DNA from: Fimbriosthenelais zetlandica
Taxonomy: Eukaryota
Reading direction: 5' to 3'
Length of the DNA stretch: 64,000 bases
Assembly (NCBI GenBank): GCA_977030845.1
Contig: OZ365111.1
Location: 7,688,001 to 7,752,000 of the forward strand
This document shows positions 1-9,044 of the stretch, in pieces. Numbering within the stretch: the first letter of the stretch is position 1; every line of letters begins with the position of its first letter. The notes beneath the pieces are model-generated. The model had not been told where the DNA came from. It worked only from the letters and a program-made list of their open reading frames with translations, and ran no database searches. Both the position numbers and the translations under genes were made by a program.

Positions 1-275
1 TTACAATATGATGATAAAATCAATTCATCAGGAACTAATTTCCATTTCCTTAATTTCCTAATTTCCTTAATTACAATAATGATAAGATCAATTTATCAGG
101 AACCATTTTCCATTTGCTCCTTACAATGATGATATAGGATCAATTGATCAGGAACTATTTTCCACAATGATGCTACTCACAATGATGAAAACATGTATTC
201 ATTGAATCGTTTTCCATTTGCTACTTTCAATGGTGATGACATTTAAATGCATCAAGAGCTATTACATGTGCTACA
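1..275. repeat. Degenerate ~50-bp tandem repeat (about 5 units, truncated by the window edge)
   Basis: Units begin ttacaat(a)tgatgata...atcaatt.atcaggaac.a.tttccattt at about 1, 71, 121, 178 and 225. Confidence 0.7.
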
Positions 276-2318
276 TACAATATACATTTTGAAATAACTT
301 TTCATTTAATTAATAAAAATAGTTGGGTCATTTTTTGGCGAAAAAAAAAAGATAATTTCAACATTGTGGTCTCTCAAAATAGCCTTACATTTTCCCTGCA
401 GAAGATGATTAGCACTTGTCAATCACCCTGGCTTTTGCACATAATCACACAAATCTTCATTCTATTATTAGTAAGGCGAATGATCTAAGTCAATTTATAG
501 CGATTACAAAGCATTGGTGATCGCATAAAACTGGGACATTTTGCATTGAAAGTGTTTACCTTGCAATTCTTGTTTTGTGGCAATTTCTTACTGAAATAGA
601 ATGGGGATGTTGATAACTTCTCATGATGGGTACTTTGACTTTTTGAACTTGCAAAATAACAGCACTTGAAAAAGACGGTGCCTATTCTAACCTTCAGAAT
701 TGCACCCAAAACACATGGTCTGTGCTGAAGCACGACTGAGCTAACTAGCTTCATTTGTGACATAATATTCAATATTCAGCACATTTCTACCCAATCTAAT
801 TAAAAGAGAATTGCAATCACGTTTCTTGAGAGGGTAACATTAAATTTGCAAGGATTCTCACGAATGCCACACATTTTAATTGGATTTGCAATATAAGAAT
901 TGAACAGTTTCAGTGCAATTCGCATTACCTTAGTACCTAATCAGCAAACAATTTATATTCTGCACTTCTCCTTTTTCTACATGATGAAAGAAAAGTAATC
1001 TTTCAGAAAATATGATAATCAGAGCTGTTTTAGACATGTTCTTGATGACATTAGCTGAGGGAAATAACACCTGCTATAATCGACGATCCTTGAGATTGGT
1101 GAACCTTTAAGGGAACACGTGCCACTTTGATATTATTAACCATAATTCTAAATTTCACCTGCCCTGGGCTTCTTAATTTGTAATAAATCCCAAATTATAA
1201 TGTGGAGGCGAGATATTTTAATCCCCGATGTCTTTCATGTCGAAAAAGCATTTGCCATCAGGCATGGAGAGCTATGCTTGATACTGGTATACTGCACATT
1301 GGTCACACCCCCAAAAGTGCACAAATGTGCTGATCCGGTGAATTATCTACTGATAGACACCTTTCAAGATCCGCTACGTGCACCATTTAGGGATCAGGTC
1401 CGGACTGTCTTGCCTCTTCAACGGATATAAATACGACTGGCCTGTTTGAAATGGAAACCGTGCTGCTTTTCCCAGTCGTCAGCAGGCCCATAAACAAACG
1501 ACACTTTCACCAAATGCCAATGTGAGGTTTAGCGATAAAGCTAAAAGTCATCATCAAGAATTAGCCCCCCATTCTCACCAAGTAACAACCTGTGGTGTAC
1601 ACTCATCACGCTGACCCAACACGATTGGTGTGGTTTGTAAAATAACAAATTGGCGTAAAAGATTTTTCACCATCCGACCTGTCTTTGCCACTTTCATGCC
1701 TTTTCAACCAAAGTCCAAACCGAAATGCTGCCACCATGGCCACCATACAATTTTAACAATGTCAATGATCTGAGACCTGAAAATGTGTATAATGCAGACT
1801 AGGGATGTTTTGATATTGGTGGAAAAGAAGTCTATGTCCTATAGCATACATCAATAGTGAACTATGACCATGCAGTAAGTGACATTTTTCAGTACTGCAA
1901 ACAACTGTCGTGTACCCAAGAATGTTGGATCTTTAAAGGAACATTTGTGATTTTCTAACTTAAGTTACTTAATTTCTATTGTACATTTCCTATATAGATT
2001 GATTTCTTCATAGAAGTAGAGTCCCTCTATTTCTATAATCTTACATAATTCTCACTTGACCTGGCACCTATACGACTATAATACCACTATTGTCAGGGTA
2101 TAATTAATTAAAGAACAATGAATTTTATTAAAAAAAGCTCTGGACAAAATTAAAATATTGAATAATAATCTTATTATCCCGTGAGAATATCCTATCTCCT
2201 AGTGTCGAACCCAGCACCACGCTTAATACGCCACCATACGGGAGTTGGGGGAACTATAAATGAATCGTACAACTAACTCTCCTCCACTGATGGCAATGAC
2301 CAGAAGTTCCTCGGTTTA

Positions 2319-2529
2319 AGCCTGGAGCACACTAATCCAATTTTCTATCTGGCTCCATCCGATAGCTGTCCTAAACTTTATTTCTATTTACATCAAATGC
2401 TTGTAATACAGACCTTTACATGTAGCTAGGTAAGGCTAACGACTGACAAAATTTTAATCATTGGATGCCATTAGAAATCGGGGATCGGAGGGCCACAGAT
2501 TTGAGAATCGGATTAGTGTGTTCTAGGCT
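2319..2529. mobile_element. MITE, 211 bp, PIF/Harbinger-like (TTA target-site duplication)
   Basis: Imperfect TIRs AGCCTGGAGCACACTAATCC / AGCCTAGAACACACTAATCC extending about 45 bp; TTA directly flanks both ends (2316-2318, 2530-2532). Confidence 0.7.
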
Positions 2530-2597
2530 TTAGTATGCATGTGCTTGCCCGATTTCCTCTGAGCAAAGAGCATGCAGCTCTATATTGAATATCATAT

Positions 2598-2876
2598 ATA
2601 GAGAATCGCGTTGAATTGTACGAAGTGGAATACCCCAATGATTTTACCAAAGGATGGTCCAACATAATTAAGTTATATCACACCATATAAACTCTTTATA
2701 ATTATATAAAATTGACTTCAAGTTACAGACATTATTAATGAAGGATTTGATAAATAATAGGACATGCTATACAGTAGCACTTATGACTTATTATGCAGTT
2801 CAGTCAATGCCTCAGCCGCTTTCAATACCATAGAGAATCGCGTTGAATTGTAGGAAGTGGAATACTCCAATGATTT
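2598..2876. repeat. 47-bp direct repeat pair (2598-2644 and 2830-2876)
   Basis: atagagaatcgcgttgaattgta(c/g)gaagtggaatac(c/t)ccaatgattt, 2 mismatches, 232 bp apart. Confidence 0.8.
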
Positions 2877-4480
2877 CAGTTCAATGCAAGTCACCTCAAT
2901 TAAGAGGCGAAACATGAAACATGCAATAGTTTGTTAGCTGCAAGATTAAGCTGTGTCTGTTATGATCGAATCCCTGTAGAGATTATCAGCTGTGAAGAGC
3001 AGTTACATTAACTGAATTCTCCAATTACAAGACATTAGCTCTTAACAATTAAGCAACCGTGTTGGTGACACAAAGAGCAAAAATGATGATCGCGTGGGCA
3101 GACAGAAGATATTCCTGGTCGATTGGCAGTGTTGAGAAGGTACCTCGTGGCATTTGGCCCTACCACTGGCCGCCTAAATGTTCAGAAAACGTAACAAACT
3201 TAGTTTACAGCTTCTCGAGGCACTTGCAACTGTTAACTAATGAAGATGAACTTTTTTTGGCTGCTGGACAAGCTTTCTTAGATAAACATCTTTTTGAGGC
3301 ATTACTTCTGGCTATAGTTGTACGGCACTCTGCTGCCCCCTGTCAATAACAAGGCTAATAACTGGTGGCGTTTTATTTCCAGGAGTGAACAATGAAACGA
3401 AATATCCCTTAATGCGCATCTTTTTGTAAGGAAAGCTGCGAAGCCAGATGCGTTTGTGGAGATTCCCTCCAAGGCTTTGGAAAGTCTTTTGAACCCACCT
3501 GGTGTTTGATTGGGGAACCACGCAGGTGATGCGGGACGGCAGTAGCAAAGTCTTGCCTTGATCCGCATGAGCCACTTAGCGGATATCAAAAGACCAATAA
3601 AGCAATGGCTAAAAGAAAAGCCCTTGGAATTGTTCGCAATTACAGGTGCCATTACCAGGTACAACTGGAGACCCCCATACCTTCCCGTGCCATTTCACTT
3701 GCAGAGAGTGACAGCCTTCTACGTTTGAAGTGCCCTACTTTTGGAGAACTTCAAAAAAGGGGCAGCGAAGAGCACAAAGGCAAAAAACATACACCACAAA
3801 AAGATTTAAAATACTTTTGTCGGGCATGTGCAGCTTGCCTCAAGACGAAGAGGCAATGATGCAAATAAGCTTCATGAGGCAACTTGTGATCTTTTCAATT
3901 TGCACAGATAGCGGGGCTTGGGTGCCGCAGGAAAAAAGGTAATTCCCTCAGCCTCCCGTTGCGGCCGACCTGTGAAGTCTGAAACAGTGACTAGGCAACA
4001 AAGTTTATCACGAATGTTATTGTGCAGTAATGAGGCAAAGTTTTATATGTTATTGAGATAATAGGCATCTTCTGAACATATAGGCAGCACTCTGATAAGC
4101 TTTGTAAGGCCTTGCTCGGCACCGGGTGCTTTATTCCTCGTTTTTCTTTTATCATGAATAAGATGGTTGCCTTGGTAATCGTGATTTTCTTGTGAAGACT
4201 CTCCTGCCCTCCTTGACATCTTCATTCCTTGTTCCAAGCAGATAACTCATTAATGTAACTTTGCTGTTTCTCATTACCCATTCAGCCATTCAGCACGTGA
4301 ATCTCTTTGTATGTGACACTTGTGCACATAGCTACTTGGTGCAATGAGTTCATCTATATTCCCATTTGAGTATAAGTAGTAGCTGTGTAAGCTGTGATAT
4401 TCATATGTATATACTGCTTATGAATTTAAATTGAACAGTAATAAGATTACTACAATTCAAATTAATTCGCGATTGAACTG
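2830..4480. mobile_element. Possible decayed TIR DNA-transposon remnant (~1.65 kb)
   Basis: Patchy inverted similarity between about 2835-3020 and 4240-4474 (aatcgcg..ttgaattgtag..gttcaat; agagatt; gttacattaa) around a GC-elevated core with broken ORFs. No recognisable transposase motif. Confidence 0.3.
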
Positions 4481-4826
4481 TATGTGTTTTAACTTAAAAG
4501 GTTTTTACTGTAGTTCTCAGTAAATTTGTGTATATTTTAGATTTGTTCTGATGCAAGACCAATATTCTCATTTTGTGCCCTGTAGGTAGTCCCTATGCAG
4601 TGGAAAATTCTGCCTGCTCCACAAACAAAACAAAAAGTCATCTAACCAACCTAACCAGTATCCAGTTGATGACGGGGCGACCATAATCTTCTGGGGACAG
4701 GTTTAAGTACTGTCTTTAAGTACTGTCGTTAAGTACTGCATGTCTGTCTTTAGAAGACAGTATCCCTTCCCACAAACAGGACAAAATTAATAGTCAGCTA
4801 ACTAACCAGTCTCATGGGGCGACCAG

Positions 4827-4886
4827 GGGCCTGTTTGGGCGTAAAAATGTCCCATAGACTTAGCATGGCTGTTCTGAAACAGGCCC
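4827..4886. mobile_element. Mini MITE family A copy (60 bp), PIF/Harbinger-like, TSD CAG
   Basis: CAG|GGGCCTGTTT...GAAACAGGCCC|CAG; internal catagacttagcat shared with the other copies. Confidence 0.75.
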
Positions 4887-7800
4887 CAGTTCTGTCTGTC
4901 CTTATATAGAAGATGCAGGTCTCCTGCATGCAAACAGTAGCACATCTTATGTACATTAATTGCACTGGGGATTTATTGCGAAGAAGCAAAACATGCATCT
5001 CCAACGAAAATTCTTTCAATCTCTTGCTTCCTGATGGCATGGCAATTCAAGATTAATCAGTCCCCTGCTCCAAACATGGTGACTAGCATGCACATGTGTG
5101 TTGTGGCCTTATAATGTTTTTATCTTGTCTGCATAAGTCTATTATTATATATTGTTGAAAGGTCAATCTATGACATTGGGTATCCCTACTGAAGACTACA
5201 AGTATAAGGGATACTCGTGCATGAGTCATATTCGCATTGAATATGGAAGAGCTCGTTTAAACTGAAGTTAAGAATAATACTTAGGTCAACGTGGGATGCC
5301 CTTTGCGGTTGAATTTGTGGTAAGCTCATCTCCATATTCGAGCCATTAGAGTCTTCTTTCTTGAGTGATGGCCAATTGAATCTTTCTGCACATGCGTGCT
5401 TTTGCCCAGATCTGTTGGAGTGTCAGTTGATTGCTCTGTAAATGTCTCTTTAAGAAACAATCCATGGAAGTTCACAAAAATGGAGCCAAATTTAAAAAGG
5501 AATTGCCAATTTGCCTCAAACCTCGTCGGTTGTGTTCTATTACCCCTTGCCACTTCTCCCCCTCCCACGTAGAAGAGTTGAAAGTTTACTCAAGGCACGC
5601 CTTCCAGCTTATTATCTGTGACCATTAGTTTATTGTCCTAATGGAAATAAGGAAGTCTTCACTCAGTGGTTTTATTTTCGTGCTTCCTGGATGTAATTAA
5701 TCTATCATCGATCTAATTCAGGCCAAATAATCCAAAGATGTTTGCCTCATCAACTTTTTACCCACTTAAGTCGCAATTAAGAACGAAAGAGGGACCAATT
5801 GGCACTTGGAGTAGACTTTGTTAGTTCACTTTTAAACTTTCTAAATGTCAGCGAACCAGGTTACCTGCCGCAGGGTCTAAATTTATGCTAGCCAGGAACG
5901 TGCATAGGAAGGAGACATCACAGAAAAAGGCCAATACAGCTGAGCTTTTTGGTTATTTTTATGAGATATCTAGGGCCTCGATGCTATTTGTGAACTTCGA
6001 CATATGACTCAACCTTCGGAAATAAGGTGTACTTGACTGCTAGAAACTTTAATGGGCAAAAAGCGAAATGTTATGGGATTTTGCTATCCCTTGAACGGGT
6101 AATAACAACAGGCATGGTAAATAATGTAACGGAACAATAGTGCCAATTGATGATTATTTGTTCTCCCTGGCGTCATTAGCGTGGTATTTTCTTTGCTATG
6201 TTTGTGACCATTTCTACGTGTTAGATGAAAAAAGACACTGAGTTTTCTATTTCTATACCGCCCATGTTCCCTTTTTCATACAGGTTGCAAGCATTTCTGG
6301 AACTACGTTTTTGATGACATTGCATTAAATTTAGATGTCTTCTCAAGGCGCTACTTGGCACATTAAATGAGATAATTCTCATACGAAAGTATGATTTATG
6401 GATAAGCATCAGTATAGTCTGTAGACAACAAAAATTATCTCAGAAAAGGTTGTTTCAACCCCTTGCGATAAATGCATGTACATGTATAGATTTTTGACAG
6501 TTCGTCTTAAGCCAAATCCTCAATTTTAGTCCTCCGTGTATTTTGATTTGAGACCCAGTCAATCTTGGGAGAATGTCTTGACAGATCTTTTCAGTGAGTG
6601 ATGTGCCACTTTTTTGATAGGCCTAATTGCCTATGTTGTCGGATGTAAAAGTGAACACCAGAAAATGAGGCATTTAAGTTGGGTCGAATGCGATAAAGAC
6701 TTATTATGTGCATGCATTTTATTTATGTAGGCAGATAAAACTTTATTTCTAATCTATGACAGTGGACTGTAATCTTGTCTTATTTGTTTTTTTTCTCCAT
6801 GGAGACAGTGTAACAGTATATGATATTTACCACTGTTTAGGGTTTAAACTTCACTTAGTTCATATAACATATTCTGGTATTAGCCTAAAACGATTTGTAA
6901 TGAATTTGATAAAATATTGGGTTGTATATCGTAGGGAAATGCACCCATGTTTGGCCATCGCTCAGTTTGCGTTTCCTTCGCTAAAACACTCATCCCTTGA
7001 TGCCTTTTATTCACAGCACCTCCCATAATGTTAAAATATTGAAGCTATATAATAAATCAATCTATACGTGAAGAGATATAATTGATCAATATGCTGAATA
7101 ATTTATGGTCCAGTATATTACGGCACTTATCAGCATCAGTTATCAAAGCTGTAAAAGACATTGAAGATAAAAGGACATCAGACTCATCAGTGGTACATTA
7201 CCAACAGTAGTTTAATAAATTATGAAGTATACATTAATCATTTACAAATTTATATATCAACTCTGGTTTTTTTCATTACATATATATTATCCATACTGGC
7301 ATTATTCGATGCAAGAATCGTGAAATGCAATCAGTACGAATCAATAGTTCTTCTGTAAAGTGACAGATATCTTAAATGCATTTCAGGCTTGTTTATATTG
7401 GCCTATACAATCTAGTCATTTTCTCAGTTCGATTCTTCCTTGGCATATTCACTTCACTGTTACATACTTTGAATTTTCTTCCAGGTAAATATGGCTCCAC
7501 TATTCATTATCTTTCGTCAGTGTTTCTCAGGGATAATATGTTGGATATTAAATTAAATTCATTTTATAAATTGTTAGCTTTTCCTTGAGTATTCTCTATA
7601 ATGTAAAGCAAATCAAATGACACCAGGCGGCAGTAGTGTCGTTCATGTTTGCCAAGGTATGGAGTGTTGCCATAGCTACTGCTTGACCGAAGCAACAGTT
7701 CCGTGAATATGCCCAGGTAGTTTCCTACCAAAATATCCTGATGGTAAAAACTTATATTTAATGCTGGACATCTAAGAAATTTAATAGATTTACTCGGAAG

Positions 7801-8558
7801 TAAATTGATTGCCTCATAAATACAGATGAGTATACATTTTTCTTATCCAGCTGATTGCAAATCGTTACCAGACTTAGGTTAATGTTGAGACCCATTAACA
7901 GGAATATGGGTGAAAAGTTTAATTGGCATTGTCGTAGGATCACTTGGAATGAGAATAATGTTTTATAGTATATCATAATTGTGACAAATACATACACACA
8001 GGGAAATGTATATAGATGAATCAAGTTCCTTATGTACATAAGATGCAACACAGATTGATGATTAATCCAGTAAATTTTGATCTGCGATGTTTTTATACCA
8101 GGCAAAAATCCTGGACCCTCTCACAAAGGGGTCTATCTAAATTGTATGGATTGATATAGCTTGTTAAGGTGAAATATATGATGCAAGCCTTTATATCTTT
8201 GATGCACACGTTTGGTCTTCAGCCAGGTTTGTTGTTCCGAAACTACTTTTTAATTCGGTTTTTGTAAAGTTGTTGGTGTATGTATGAGGGGCCAAGCATG
8301 AAGATGCCAGCTATCTGGACCAATGGAAACAGAACACATTGCTGAACTATCTCATAGGCCTACTCGAGATCATGGATCTCATTTTGTAGTTTTTCTATAA
8401 TGCATAACATTCAAAAAGATCAACTGGAAATTAATCTATAAATAATATTTATGGATGAGCCATAAATATGAGGAGTCAGTCAACACAACGCCATAATTAT
8501 TTAATAACCGATCATTACATTTAATACAAAAATGAACTGAACTGAAGAATCGTTATTC

Positions 8559-8564
8559 TTTATT
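8559..8564 (-). promoter_or_regulatory. Candidate Vsx polyadenylation signal AATAAA
   Basis: AATAAA on the minus strand 130 nt after the stop codon, followed by U-rich sequence (ttcagttcagttcatttttgtatt). A longer 3' UTR cannot be excluded. Confidence 0.45.
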
Positions 8565-8694
8565 CAGATAATACCCTAGTATATCCTAGAGTCATCAATA
8601 ACATCAATGGGTATAATAATCATATACATATCAAAGGGTAAGAAAGAAAAGATAGTTTCGATGCCCCTACAAGTCAAAAAGTGGTGTTTTTTTG

Positions 8695-9044
8695 TCAGTT
8701 TGCTGGATCGAGTGGTTCACTGTCACAGCTGTCAGACTTGTTAGGCGTATCGAAACTACTGGAAAACGCAGCTTGTTCTTGTGATGATGGTGGTGGTGGT
8801 TGCGGTGGCTTCACATTGGCTTCGGCTTCTGAACTGTTCAAGGTGATGGCTTCCCTCATTTTGGCCGAGTAGCTCTGAGCTTTAGCTCGCAGCTGGGCGA
8901 TGCTCTCGGACCGGAGCTCTTCCTTGTCGATAGGGGGAGCAGGGGAGTTTGTCTTCTCCCGCTGCGAGTCCTGGCCGTCGGTAGATTTATCATCGTCGTC
9001 CTCGTTCAGTTTATGCGCTGCCTCTAGGGACTTCTTGTGCATAC
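8695..9044 (-). CDS. Vsx: Vsx last coding exon (end of CVC domain [10 protein letters not shown], acidic linker, OAR motif, stop)
   Basis: Acceptor (ct)n...cctacctaaaccccag|GTATGCAC; matches ORF 8695..9042; contains [18 protein letters not shown] (OAR); stop TGA at 8697-8695. Confidence 0.95.

Noticed and set aside
1200-1760. GC-elevated segment with a 76-aa ORF
   Set aside because: The frames I translated are interrupted and show no recognisable motif; no clear TIR or TSD.
4617-4826. Diverged ~60-bp direct repeat enclosing 3x TTAAGTACTG units
   Set aside because: Short and low identity; likely a local slippage product with no evidence of function.
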